Made by a program: the position numbers and the translations under genes. 39,235 nucleotides of DNA from Abditibacteriaceae bacterium. GTDB lineage: Bacteria > Armatimonadota > Abditibacteriia > Abditibacteriales > Abditibacteriaceae. The notes below the pieces were generated by a model that did no database searches, was not told the DNA's origin, and worked only from the letters and a program-made list of their open reading frames with translations. Below, piece by piece: positions 8,481 through 17,999 of the stretch (position 1 is its first letter; each line of letters opens with the position of its first letter). Location: the NCBI GenBank assembly GCA_031372065.1, contig JANMKN010000070.1, forward strand, positions 1 to 39,235, in the 5' to 3' direction.

Positions 8481-9477
8481 TCAAGTCGAACGCAGCCTTG
8501 AACGCACCGAACAACGGCGCCTTGAAGCTGTTGCGGCGCGCAAAAGGCAAAAACGCAACATCATTATTGGTTTGGTGTTGCTTGTTTTGCTGATTGTTGC
8601 TGGTGGCATAACGCTCGGCGCCTTGGCGGGGCGTCAAGTGCCGAAAGTTTCGACGGTGGCTTTGACATGGCCTCACGGCGAAAAGGAGGCGGCACTTGAT
8701 GCCCAAGTCATCGGCGATGGGGCAACGCTGCTCATCAAAGCGGGGCAGCCTTTGCATTTTTCCGTGGCGCAGAGCGACACTTGGAATGTGACGTGGAAAA
8801 CTGCCGATGTGTTAAGTTCTGGCGACGCTTTCGATTGGACACCTTCCAGCAGCAGCGGTGAACTAACGGCTTCGATTCAGCCCCGCCTCACGGGATGGAA
8901 AAAGACTTTTGCTTTTGGTCAGCCAACGCGCGAAATTCATTTGCATGGCTTGGCTGGCACCACGCTGCAAAGCACGGGCGGCAACGGCTTTTTGCACAAC
9001 ATCGAAACGCCTGCCGGTGGCATCTGGCTGCATAATCGCGTGCTGGCCAAAGCGCCGGTTCGTTACAATGACCGTGCCATCAAAACTCTGGGCACCGTTG
9101 CCAATCAACTGGGCGAAAAACAAAGCGATGCTGTCACGGCGGATTCGGCTCTTTGGCAGTTGATTCCAAATTTTACAGGCGATAAACCCGTGCCCAACGA
9201 CAACGGCACCAACGCGCTGCTCAAAACGGCCAATCCTGCCGAAGATGCGCAGAAAGCTTTCAAGATTCTTGATCGTCTCGAACCCAAAGCGACGATAAAA
9301 GTGATTGTCGAAATGGGTGTCAACGCGCCAAGCGAGGCGCGCTTTCGCCTTTCATTCGATAACAAAGGCGGACGCTTTGTGTGGGTGCAAGGCCCAGACG
9401 ACGAAAAAGCCAAGCTGCAAAATTGGTTGGACGAAAAGCCTAACGACAAAACAGACGAGGAAAGAACAACGCAATAA
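8464..9477 (+). CDS. Hypothetical single-pass membrane-anchored protein
   Basis: Basic stretch (RKRQKR), one TM helix, then a soluble domain; overlaps the asd end and sits 8 bp before dapA. Confidence 0.75.
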   Translation: MDISDSQVERSLERTEQRRLEAVAARKRQKRNIIIGLVLLVLLIVAGGITLGALAGRQVPKVSTVALTWPHGEKEAALDAQVIGDGATLLIKAGQPLHFSVAQSDTWNVTWKTADVLSSGDAFDWTPSSSSGELTASIQPRLTGWKKTFAFGQPTREIHLHGLAGTTLQSTGGNGFLHNIETPAGGIWLHNRVLAKAPVRYNDRAIKTLGTVANQLGEKQSDAVTADSALWQLIPNFTGDKPVPNDNGTNALLKTANPAEDAQKAFKILDRLEPKATIKVIVEMGVNAPSEARFRLSFDNKGGRFVWVQGPDDEKAKLQNWLDEKPNDKTDEERTTQ

Positions 9478-9485
9478 GGACAGAT

Positions 9486-10373
9486 ATGGAATCGCCTTTT
9501 GGCCCTTTAATTACAGCGATGGTGACGCCGTTTGATGCCAGCGGCGCCGTAGATTATGCCCGCGCCGAAGAACTCGCGCAGCGTCTTGTCGAAAATGGCT
9601 CGACGGGATTAGTAGTTTCGGGCACGACGGGCGAAGGCCCGACTTTAACGCCGGACGAAAAGCTCGAATTATTCCGCCGCGTCAAAGCCGCCGTCAGCGT
9701 GCCGATTATCGCTAATACGGGCGACAACGAAACGGCGTTTTCGATTGAATTTTCCCGCCAAGCGCAGGAAACCGGCGTGGATGGTTTGCTGCTGGTTGTG
9801 CCTTATTACAACCGGCCCAGTCAAGAAGGTTTGTATCAGCATTTTAAAGCCATCGCCGAAAAAGCTGACTTGCCTTGCGTGCTTTACAATGTGCCGACGC
9901 GCACGGCGCGCAATTTGGAAGCGAAAACCGTTCAGCGCCTGTCAAGCGTGAAAAATATCATCGGTGTTAAAGAAGCCAGCGGCGATTTGGCGCAAGTCGG
10001 CGCCATTCGCAATGCGTGCGGCCCCGATTTTTATTTATGGAGCGGCAACGATGGCGATGTGTTACCTTTTGTCGCTGTTGGTGGTCATGGCGTGATTTCG
10101 GTCATGAGCCACGTCGCGGGCAAAAATATGCGTCGCATGATGGACGCGCATTGGAAAGGCGATTGGCAAGCCGCACGCGATGAGCATTTGAACCTTTTGC
10201 CAGTTGCCGACGCGCTTTTTCCGGCCACAAGTCCCAGTCCCGCGCCCGTCAAAGCCGGCGTGAAATTGCAAGGCTTCGACTGCGGCGGCGTGCGTTTGCC
10301 TCTTGTCGAAGCGGAAGCAAAAGATGTCGAAACTTTGCGTGCTGCGATGTTAGCCGCAGGACTGATTCAGTGA
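9486..10373 (+). CDS. dapA: 4-hydroxy-tetrahydrodipicolinate synthase
   Basis: TAMVTPF, GTTGE, PYYNRP, LYNVPTRT, GVKEASG; AAGGA RBS. Confidence 0.97.
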   Translation: MESPFGPLITAMVTPFDASGAVDYARAEELAQRLVENGSTGLVVSGTTGEGPTLTPDEKLELFRRVKAAVSVPIIANTGDNETAFSIEFSRQAQETGVDGLLLVVPYYNRPSQEGLYQHFKAIAEKADLPCVLYNVPTRTARNLEAKTVQRLSSVKNIIGVKEASGDLAQVGAIRNACGPDFYLWSGNDGDVLPFVAVGGHGVISVMSHVAGKNMRRMMDAHWKGDWQAARDEHLNLLPVADALFPATSPSPAPVKAGVKLQGFDCGGVRLPLVEAEAKDVETLRAAMLAAGLIQ

Positions 10374-10379
10374 GCGGAG

Positions 10380-10436
10380 GTCAGTGGTCAGGGAGCAGAA
10401 ATTTCGACCACCGACCAGTGTCTACTGACCACTGAC
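10380..10436. repeat. Heptamer-type inverted repeat
   Basis: Perfect 12-bp GTCAGTGGTCAG / CTGACCACTGAC; same unit as 879-978. Confidence 0.8.
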
Positions 10437-10438
10437 TA

Positions 10439-11083
10439 ATGGACAGAGAACCAATTTTGATCGAACTGGCCGATGAAGTCAGGGTTTGCACACTCTGTCG
10501 CTTGGCGCAGACACGCACCTTGGCCGTGCCGGGCGAAGGCAATGCATTTGCGAAATTGATGTTCATTGGCGAGGGGCCGGGCGAAAATGAAGACAAAACT
10601 GGACGCCCGTTTGTCGGCAAAGCCGGACAACTGCTAACCAGATTGCTGCGCGATATTGGCTTGAAACGCGACAATGTGTTTATCACCAATGCGGTCAAAT
10701 GCCGGCCTCCGGGCAACCGCGAACCTTTGCCCGACGAAGTGGCCGCTTGCAACGATTGGCTGAATGCGCAAATTGCCTGTGTGCAGCCGGAATTGATTGG
10801 TTTGCTCGGAGGCAGCGCACTCAAAGCGGTGCTTGACCCCGAAGCGCGCATCACAAAAATGCGCGGCAAAATTTATCGCAAAAACGGCCTCTTGTTTATG
10901 CCGCTTTTTCATCCGGCGGCAGCCTTGCGCCGTGCCGAGTGGATGCCCGCCTTGGAAGGCGACTTCCAACGTTTGAAAGAACTGCTGGCGCAGCCGCCAA
11001 ACGAAGATGAAATCATCGAAATGGTGTCGCCCGAAGTCCAAGAAAAGGCGCCGCCAGCGGAAGACACATTGTCGTTGTTTTAA
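10439..11083 (+). CDS. Uracil-DNA glycosylase, family 4 (Fe-S)
   Basis: CTLC, GEGPG, GRPFVG, KCRPPGNR, HPAA. Confidence 0.95.
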   Translation: MDREPILIELADEVRVCTLCRLAQTRTLAVPGEGNAFAKLMFIGEGPGENEDKTGRPFVGKAGQLLTRLLRDIGLKRDNVFITNAVKCRPPGNREPLPDEVAACNDWLNAQIACVQPELIGLLGGSALKAVLDPEARITKMRGKIYRKNGLLFMPLFHPAAALRRAEWMPALEGDFQRLKELLAQPPNEDEIIEMVSPEVQEKAPPAEDTLSLF

Positions 11084-11085
11084 AA

Positions 11086-11153
11086 CAGTGTTCAATGGCC
11101 GGTAAGCAGTGTTCAAAGAATCTGACTCCTGACCCTTGAAGACTGACGACTGA
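11086..11153. repeat. Degenerate heptamer-periodic inverted repeat
   Basis: CAGTGTT CAATGGC CGGTAAG CAGTGTT ... CTCCTGA CCCTTGA AGACTGA CGACTGA. Confidence 0.65.
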
Positions 11154-11223
11154 ATTAGATTTTCCGGCAGCGGAATGCTGCCGTTTTATTTGCAAAATTC
11201 ATTAAGGAGCTTGTTGTGAATCA

Positions 11224-12888
11224 ATGAGTAGAGACGAAATTAAGATTATCCCCCTTGGCGGGGTTTGTGAGATCGGCAAGAACATGATGTTGTATGAATA
11301 CGATGAGAAAATTCTCATCGTAGATTGCGGCGTGATGTTCCCCGACGAAGAACTGCCCGGTGTTGATTTAATCATCCCGGACTTCACCTATTTGCGCGAA
11401 AATCGTGACCGCATTGCCGGTTTGGTTTTGACACATGGTCACGAAGACCACGTCGGCGCAATGGGCTACTTTCTGCGCGATTTTCCCGAAGTGCCGGTCT
11501 ATGGCGCGCCGCTAACGCTGGGCATTATGGGCGGCAAATTGCGCGAACAGCCGGTTGACCCGAAATCGTTAAATACGACCTCCGTTAGCCCCGGCCAAAC
11601 GGTTCGCATTGGCCCGTTCGATGTCGAATTTATTCGCGTCGGCCACTCGATTCCCGATGCTTGCGGCCTTGCCATTACCACCGGCCTTGGCACCATAATT
11701 CAAAGCGGCGATTTCAAATTTGACCAAACGCCGGTTGATGGCAAACCGCCACAATTTGCGCGCTTTGCGCAATATGGCGAAAGCGGCGTCATGGCGCTGC
11801 TTTCCGATTCGACCAACGCCGGACGCGCCGGTTTGACGGGCAGCGAAGCCAGCGTGCGCCCCGGTCTGGAGCGCATTTTTGCCGACGCACCGGGCCGCAT
11901 TATGGTGGCGAGTTTCGCTTCCAATGTGCATCGCGTGCAGCAAATTTTGGACATCGCGCATCTTTATGGGCGCCGCGTTGCCTGCACGGGGCGTTCGATG
12001 CTGACGATTACTAAAATCGCGCAGGAACTGGGTTATTTGCACCCGCCACAGCCGATTTTAGACATCGAACAAATTGATGAATACGCCGACAGCGACATTT
12101 GCATTTTGATGACCGGTTCGCAAGGCGAACCGTTGGCGGCACTTTCCAAAGTGGCGCGCGGTCAGAATCGTTTTGTTGAATTGCATGACAATGATTCGGT
12201 GATTCTTTCGTCCACGCCGATTCCGGGCAACGAAAGCGCGATTTACAAAATCATTAACTCACTAAGCATGGCGGGCGCGCACGTTTATCGCCCGCCTCAT
12301 CATAATGTTCATGTGTCGGGCCACGGCAATCAGGAAGATTTGAAACTGATGCTGCACCTGACGCGCCCGCGCTTCGCGATTCCGTATCACGGCGAAGCGC
12401 GCCATATGTTGGCTTACGCCGACATCTGCGAACAAGTCGGTTTCAACCGCGAAGAGGTGCCGTTTATGCAGGTTGGCGACGTGCTAAGTGTGTCGCCCAA
12501 TCGCTGCGAAATCGTCGGGCAAGTCACCGCCGGGCCGGTGTTGGTGGATGGCCTGACCGTCGGTGATGTCGGCCATTCTGTTTTGCGTGATCGGCGCCAT
12601 TTGGCCGACGACGGCGTGATTGTTGCGACAGTGATTCTTGACAAGCAAACCGGCGCGGTTTTGAGCGGCCCTGATCTCACGCAGCGCGGCTTTTTGCATC
12701 AGCCAAATTCGGAAGAATTCATGCAAAAAGCCACGCAAATGGTGCTGGAAAAGTTGGAATCGCTCGGTCACACGCCGCCCGGCGACGAGCAGGGCATTGG
12801 TCGCCTTGTGCGCGACACGCTGGCGAATTTCGCGTGGACAACCTACAAGCGCAAGCCGATGGTCGTGCCTGTTGTAATGGAAGTTTGA
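11224..12888 (+). CDS. rnj: Ribonuclease J
   Basis: PLGG..EIGKN, THGHEDH, HSIPD, GDFKFD, FASNVHR, TGSQGEP, HVSGH. Confidence 0.97.
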   Translation: MSRDEIKIIPLGGVCEIGKNMMLYEYDEKILIVDCGVMFPDEELPGVDLIIPDFTYLRENRDRIAGLVLTHGHEDHVGAMGYFLRDFPEVPVYGAPLTLGIMGGKLREQPVDPKSLNTTSVSPGQTVRIGPFDVEFIRVGHSIPDACGLAITTGLGTIIQSGDFKFDQTPVDGKPPQFARFAQYGESGVMALLSDSTNAGRAGLTGSEASVRPGLERIFADAPGRIMVASFASNVHRVQQILDIAHLYGRRVACTGRSMLTITKIAQELGYLHPPQPILDIEQIDEYADSDICILMTGSQGEPLAALSKVARGQNRFVELHDNDSVILSSTPIPGNESAIYKIINSLSMAGAHVYRPPHHNVHVSGHGNQEDLKLMLHLTRPRFAIPYHGEARHMLAYADICEQVGFNREEVPFMQVGDVLSVSPNRCEIVGQVTAGPVLVDGLTVGDVGHSVLRDRRHLADDGVIVATVILDKQTGAVLSGPDLTQRGFLHQPNSEEFMQKATQMVLEKLESLGHTPPGDEQGIGRLVRDTLANFAWTTYKRKPMVVPVVMEV

Positions 12889-12889
12889 C

Positions 12890-12957
12890 GAGTGCGGAAT
12901 GTTGAATGCGGAGTGCGGCATCTCATACTCTGCATTCAACATTCCGCATTCCGCATT
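12890..12957. repeat. Heptamer-periodic inverted repeat (GAATGCG units)
   Basis: TGCGGAATGTTGAATGCGGAGT pairs with ACTCTGCATTCAACATTCCGCA at 21/22. Confidence 0.85.
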
Positions 12958-12963
12958 TGAAAG

Positions 12964-14358
12964 ATGTTGGATATGAATTACGTTGTCATCTACGGATTGG
13001 CCGGTTTGCTGGGCGCGCTGCCTTTGGCGGCGACGGCTTTGCAAACGCCAGCGCAAGCACCCGTGCAAACGGTCACCACGCCGCCGCTTCTTTTGAAAAA
13101 AACTGCCTCGAACCTCGCCAAATACGAGCCGGAGCGCGGCGTTTTACTGGGCGCGGCACTGGATTTCTCGAAGTTGCCCGAAACGGGTGACAACGCCGAA
13201 AAATTCGCGTCCATCATGCATGATTACGAAACCGAAGTGGGCCGCGAACAAGCGATTTACACGCAGTTTTTTCAGTTCCCTGATGATGGCGGCACCTTTA
13301 TGGGCTGGAATTCGCATCCCAAAGGCTGGGCGACGGCGCAGGATTTTGCCAGCGCCGCGCACGGCCTCGGTGCCACGCCTCTTCTCACTTTAGAGCCGAT
13401 GAAACCGCGCGTTTTCGTGGACGGCTGGCAACCCGGCGCGCCCGCTTACGAAGCCACTAAAGCCTTTGCGCAAGGCGCCGGACAATGGGGCAAACCGCTT
13501 TTTATTCGCTTCGCACACGAAATGAACGGCTCTTGGTATCCGTGGAGCGAGTGGAACGATAAAAACAAAAATCTGCAACGCGATCCCGGCGAAGATACTG
13601 GCTTTTGGCCGCCCGATTATCAAAAAGCCTATCGCAACGTGGCGCTCTTGTTTCGCCAATACGCGCCCAATGCAGCTCTGGTTTGGTGCCCCAATTCGGG
13701 ACTTTTGGGCGGCGCCAAACGCGATGTCTTTCGCCCGTGGTATCCCGGCGATGACGTGGTGGATTGGGTTGGCTTGGACGTTTACGAACGCGGTTGGACG
13801 ATGCCGATGCCCGGCGCGCATTTGTGGGGCGGAATGCTCGAACGCAACATTTCGTGGGACATGGCCGACGACCCCAAAACGGCGTGGAACGAAAGCGTGG
13901 ATTTTTATAAAACTTTCGCTGTGGGAAAGAATAAGCCGCTGATGCTTGGCGAAACTTCGGCCACGCTGTCTTATCGCAGCGATTTAACCGACCCGCAACG
14001 CGCCTTACTCTCCTATCAATGGCGCGCCGGACGTTGGAACGACGCCGAATATGGCTGGCTGCAAACCGTTTACGGCACGACGAATTTCAAAGCGTATCCG
14101 CTTGTCAATCCGATTGATACCAAGTTCCCCAAACTCAAGGCGATAACGTGGTTCAACATCGCCAAAAAAGAAACCATCCCCGTCGAAAAAACCGTCGGCG
14201 ATAAAAAGCAAATCATCTGGTTCGATGACGGCTTCGGCGATTACCGCGTCGGCGCCTCCGCCAAAGAAGGCGGCCAACGCCCCTTCCAAAAAGAAGAAAT
14301 CGGACTTTTTCAGAGATTGACCAATAATCCGTATTTTTTGACGAAGATTGAAAATTAA
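12964..14358 (+). CDS. Secreted glycoside hydrolase family 26 (beta-mannanase-like)
   Basis: IRFAHEMNGSWYPW (acid/base), YPGDDVVDWVGLDVY, KPLMLGET (nucleophile); N-terminal signal. Start may be ATG 12973. Confidence 0.85.
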   Translation: MLDMNYVVIYGLAGLLGALPLAATALQTPAQAPVQTVTTPPLLLKKTASNLAKYEPERGVLLGAALDFSKLPETGDNAEKFASIMHDYETEVGREQAIYTQFFQFPDDGGTFMGWNSHPKGWATAQDFASAAHGLGATPLLTLEPMKPRVFVDGWQPGAPAYEATKAFAQGAGQWGKPLFIRFAHEMNGSWYPWSEWNDKNKNLQRDPGEDTGFWPPDYQKAYRNVALLFRQYAPNAALVWCPNSGLLGGAKRDVFRPWYPGDDVVDWVGLDVYERGWTMPMPGAHLWGGMLERNISWDMADDPKTAWNESVDFYKTFAVGKNKPLMLGETSATLSYRSDLTDPQRALLSYQWRAGRWNDAEYGWLQTVYGTTNFKAYPLVNPIDTKFPKLKAITWFNIAKKETIPVEKTVGDKKQIIWFDDGFGDYRVGASAKEGGQRPFQKEEIGLFQRLTNNPYFLTKIEN

Positions 14359-14359
14359 A

Positions 14360-14980
14360 ATGAGCGCTGTGTTAGCTCGCAAAACTTTGATTTCCATTGC
14401 CCAGCGCCGCCAAAAGCCGGGGGCAGGAAGTTCGCGTGAGTTTTTGCAGGCGAGGACGGCAATCATGATCTGGCCTGATTTATCCGATGTGTTCGCCGAG
14501 TTGCCGTGGGCTGTTGTGGGCGCTGTTGCCACGAGGCTTTATATGCCGGAGCGCATGACGCGCGATTTGGACGTGGCTATTTATGCTGGGGACTCTATCG
14601 CCGCGCATCAGAAACTAATGGCAGCAGATTGGGTGCAAACCGGCCAACTGCACATCGGTGGCACGTCGTGGCGCGCAATAGATGGCGCGGAGTTAGACCT
14701 TATCGAAGCCAGCGCCGAATGGTGGCCGGCGGCCTTGCGCGAAGCCCAATCGAACCGCGATTTGCAAGGCTTGCCCATCCTGCCACTGCCTTATTTGGTG
14801 CTAATGAAATTTCAAGCCGGACGCGTCAACGACATCGCCGACATCACACGGATGCTGGGACAAGCCAACGAAGCGCAACTGGACGACACACGTCGCCTTT
14901 TTCTGAAATTTGACCCCGATGGATTGGAAGATTTGGAAAGTCTTATCGTGCTGGGAAGACTTGAACTGGAAGGTGACTAA
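14360..14980 (+). CDS. Nucleotidyltransferase-fold protein (AbiEii/DUF6036-like)
   Basis: VVGAVA...RMTRDLD motif and downstream LVLMK..AGR..D..DI. Confidence 0.7.
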   Translation: MSAVLARKTLISIAQRRQKPGAGSSREFLQARTAIMIWPDLSDVFAELPWAVVGAVATRLYMPERMTRDLDVAIYAGDSIAAHQKLMAADWVQTGQLHIGGTSWRAIDGAELDLIEASAEWWPAALREAQSNRDLQGLPILPLPYLVLMKFQAGRVNDIADITRMLGQANEAQLDDTRRLFLKFDPDGLEDLESLIVLGRLELEGD

Positions 14981-14982
14981 AG

Positions 14983-15078
14983 GCCAAAGCAGGTGGCCTA
15001 CGTCCCTTCCAAAAAGAGGAAATCGGACTTTTTCAAAGCCTGACGAATAATCCGTATTTCTTATCGAAGATTCAGTAA
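14983..15078 (+). pseudogene. Orphan duplicate of the last ~31 codons of the GH26 gene
   Basis: Translates to AKAGGLRPFQKEEIGLFQSLTNNPYFLSKIQ*; 78/90 nt identical to 14260-14349 by hand count. Confidence 0.9.
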
Positions 15079-15100
15079 AACGAAACGCCGCCGCAAAGTT

Positions 15101-15135
15101 AAAGTCCGCCGAGAAATTTTCTCGGCGGACTTTTT
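15101..15135 (+). terminator. Intrinsic terminator
   Basis: AAAGTCCGCCGAGAA / TTCTCGGCGGACTTT stem followed by a T-run. Confidence 0.85.
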
Positions 15136-15180
15136 AATGACTTGATAAATTAGGATAAGATAATTGTTTTTGCGAGGCCT

Positions 15181-17760
15181 GTGATGCTTAAAGATGGCGC
15201 GACGTTTGTAGTCACGAAACCAAAGTCGTTTCTTCACAAAGATTTAAGTGCCGATTGGAACGCACTCTTCAAATCGAGCGGAAAAATGGCCGCGCACGCT
15301 TTGACTAAGCGTGAAGATATGCTCTCGGATGGCGCCGAGTTTCTGACTGCTGTGGGATTAGAAACGACAGTTGAGGAGCGTTTGTGGGTGCTTATCCAGC
15401 GTTCATTAACAATGGCTTTGGGAGAATTGCTTGAACCAGAACTAACACAACGTGATGCCCCTTATGATGGATTGATTGCCAGTCTTTTGTCTGTCGAGAG
15501 TTTTCGGGTTGAATACGATTTTTTGCAATCGCCTGAAAAGTTGGCTTTATTGGATGAAGTAATAAAGCCGCTGCGAACTTGGATGGCAGAGACGGAATCT
15601 ACCCCTCAACTTATCGAAAATGTTGTTGAGCGTTTGCCCCGTTATTTTGTGTATGCCTTGCAACACGAATGGCGAAGGAATGAAACGTATTACGCTCAAA
15701 TAGAGAAGGCGACTGACACGCCATTAAGCGATGCCGTTAAACGCCAGATTGAACGCGAAAAGAGCGAACGCAATTGGGATGAGTATCGTGCTTTTCTGCG
15801 CAAGCAAGTTGATAACAAACTTTTTGATGAATCTTTTGGCTTACGGCAAATCTTCGTGCCGCTGCGTGCTTATTACGAACACAAACCAAAAACCTCGCGC
15901 GAAACTCGACATAATGAAGAAAGACCAGAACGCCACGTTTTTGAATTAGAAGATTACCTCGATAATTTTTTAAATGCTCCTGCCAGTGATGGCCGTTTAC
16001 GCCTTATTTCTGGTGGGCCGGGTAGCGGAAAATCCTCATTTTCTAAGATGTGGGCCGCGAAATTGGCTGAACGTGATGATTTGCAAGTGCTTTTTATCCC
16101 ACTTGATTATTTAGATGTTGAGCGAGAACTACCTGATGCCGTAGACGAGTTTTTGCAGGATGATTTGAAACGTGAATTGGGTATGGTGCTGGACAATCCG
16201 CTAAAGCAGCGGCATCCTTCTAAACGTCTTGTGTTGATTCTTGACGGCTTGGATGAATTGGCACTGCAAGGTAAAGCGGCTCAAGACACAGCACGACGTT
16301 GGTTTAATAATATGCGTGATTTCGTCAGGCTGGAGAATCAGCGCCAAAATTCAGCGCCTGTCTTGGCATTGGTAAGCGGGAGGGATATTGCTGTGCAAGG
16401 TGTTGAGATGCCAAAACGCGAGTGCATTCTTCATGTCCTACCATATAAAATCTCTTTTTTTGATGCAATAAAATATTATAAAGGTGTAGAAGAATTAATA
16501 CACGAAGACCGACGCCTCTTATGGTGGCAGAAGTATTCTGAGCGTTCTGCCCAATTCGATGGTGAATTACCAGAAGAAATCAGTAGTCAAGATTTTGATG
16601 AAATTACATCTTGGCCTCTACTGAATTACTTATTGGCTCAAACTCTTTTGGCTGCACGGGCAACTGGACAAAAAATTGAACCGAACATCAATGAAGTCTA
16701 TGGACATTTGCTCACAAAGGTATACAATCGAGTCTGGGCTGATGAAGGCAATTTACATCTGCGTGACAGTGGATTCGACGAGTCAACCTTCCGTGAAGTG
16801 TTGCAGGAAGTCGCGCTGGCAATATGGCAGAGTGATAGCTCTGCGGCGAGCGAATCAATTATTGAGGAAAGGTGCAAACGAGTCGGATTAGTCGAATCGT
16901 TGAACGAGTTTCGCAGAGGTGTGGAATCAGGATTTGCGCGTTTGCTGACCGCTTTTTATTTTCGACAAAAAGACCAGAGAGCAGGTGAGCGATCATTTGA
17001 ATTTACTCACAAAAGCTTCGGCGAGTATCTCACTGCTTGTCGTATTGTGACTTCGTTGGATTCGTTATGCCAAGAATGGATGACGAGCAAAAATAAGCGC
17101 CAAGGCAGGTTAGATGAAGAAGGAGCTTTGAGAGAATGGCTTGAAATTACTGGACCTCAAGAAGCAGATTACTATCTTGGAAACTTTATAGAACGCGAAA
17201 TTCGCCAAGCCGATTTAGAAGTCGTATCAGATTGGCAGGTATTTCTCGCAAGACTTATCAATCATTGTGTCAACTTTGGAGTGCCTACTCATTTAATGAA
17301 TCCGCGCCCAATGCTAATCGAAGAGATACGCCAAGCAAGTAACGCTCAATTAACTTTATTGATGTGCCATTCATATTGTGGGGTAATCACAAAAGCAGTG
17401 AGCACAATTGATTGGCCCGATGAGACATCGGCTGGCACTTGGATTATGCGTATGTGCGGTCAGCGTGATAACGCTTATATTGGTGTGCCAGAATTGTCGT
17501 TTCTTAACTTCGACGGATGTTGCTTTATGGGACAGTTTTGGGACGGAGCCAATTTAACAGCATCAAGCTTCCGCAAGGCGAATTTATATGGTGCATCGCT
17601 TGAATATGCATTTATGCAAGGATGCGATTTTAGTGATACTTTCATTAATGTGGTCAACTTTGATGGCACGAATCTGCTCGGTGCCCGGTTAGATAGGAAT
17701 ACTTGGCAATACGCAAAAAACCAAGGTGCTCATGTAGATGATGAGCCGCCAAGGGAGTAG
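15181..17760 (+). CDS. NACHT/STAND-type P-loop NTPase with C-terminal pentapeptide repeats
   Basis: Walker A GGPGSGKS, Walker B LILDGLDE, WPLL, FEFTHKSFGEYL, C-terminal ANLTA/SSFRK/ANLYG/ASLEY repeats. Visibly more AT-rich than the core genes. Confidence 0.85.
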   Translation: MMLKDGATFVVTKPKSFLHKDLSADWNALFKSSGKMAAHALTKREDMLSDGAEFLTAVGLETTVEERLWVLIQRSLTMALGELLEPELTQRDAPYDGLIASLLSVESFRVEYDFLQSPEKLALLDEVIKPLRTWMAETESTPQLIENVVERLPRYFVYALQHEWRRNETYYAQIEKATDTPLSDAVKRQIEREKSERNWDEYRAFLRKQVDNKLFDESFGLRQIFVPLRAYYEHKPKTSRETRHNEERPERHVFELEDYLDNFLNAPASDGRLRLISGGPGSGKSSFSKMWAAKLAERDDLQVLFIPLDYLDVERELPDAVDEFLQDDLKRELGMVLDNPLKQRHPSKRLVLILDGLDELALQGKAAQDTARRWFNNMRDFVRLENQRQNSAPVLALVSGRDIAVQGVEMPKRECILHVLPYKISFFDAIKYYKGVEELIHEDRRLLWWQKYSERSAQFDGELPEEISSQDFDEITSWPLLNYLLAQTLLAARATGQKIEPNINEVYGHLLTKVYNRVWADEGNLHLRDSGFDESTFREVLQEVALAIWQSDSSAASESIIEERCKRVGLVESLNEFRRGVESGFARLLTAFYFRQKDQRAGERSFEFTHKSFGEYLTACRIVTSLDSLCQEWMTSKNKRQGRLDEEGALREWLEITGPQEADYYLGNFIEREIRQADLEVVSDWQVFLARLINHCVNFGVPTHLMNPRPMLIEEIRQASNAQLTLLMCHSYCGVITKAVSTIDWPDETSAGTWIMRMCGQRDNAYIGVPELSFLNFDGCCFMGQFWDGANLTASSFRKANLYGASLEYAFMQGCDFSDTFINVVNFDGTNLLGARLDRNTWQYAKNQGAHVDDEPPRE

Positions 17761-17788
17761 GAAACGTCCAATAAGCGTAAAACGAGGC

Positions 17789-17967
17789 AAAAGAGTGGGG
17801 ATGCGACTCGCGGAGCGAGGGAAGCCACTAAAAGAGTGGGGATGCGTGTTCGGGAGACGGGGATGTGAGAAAAAGAGCGGGGATGCGACAAAAAGAGCGG
17901 GGATTTGGGTTGCGGAGCCGGGGAAACAACTCCGGGAGCGGGGATTTCTCTAAAAAAGTGGGGATTT
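17789..17967 (+). repeat. Nine degenerate direct repeats, 20-21 bp period, core GAGYGGGGAT
   Basis: Cores start at 17797, 17818 (AGGGA variant), 17838, 17859, 17879, 17899, 17920, 17940 and 17960. Confidence 0.9.
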
Positions 17968-17999
17968 AGGCCCGAAAGGGCTTTTTAAAGGAGATTGTC

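Noticed and set aside
17738..17953. 71-aa ORF over the G-rich array
   Set aside because: It is a by-product of the repeats; the mixed 20/21-bp period does not preserve frame periodicity.
17789..17967. CRISPR array
   Set aside because: The period is only 20-21 bp, the repeats are degenerate, there are no ~30-bp unique spacers, and no cas genes are present.
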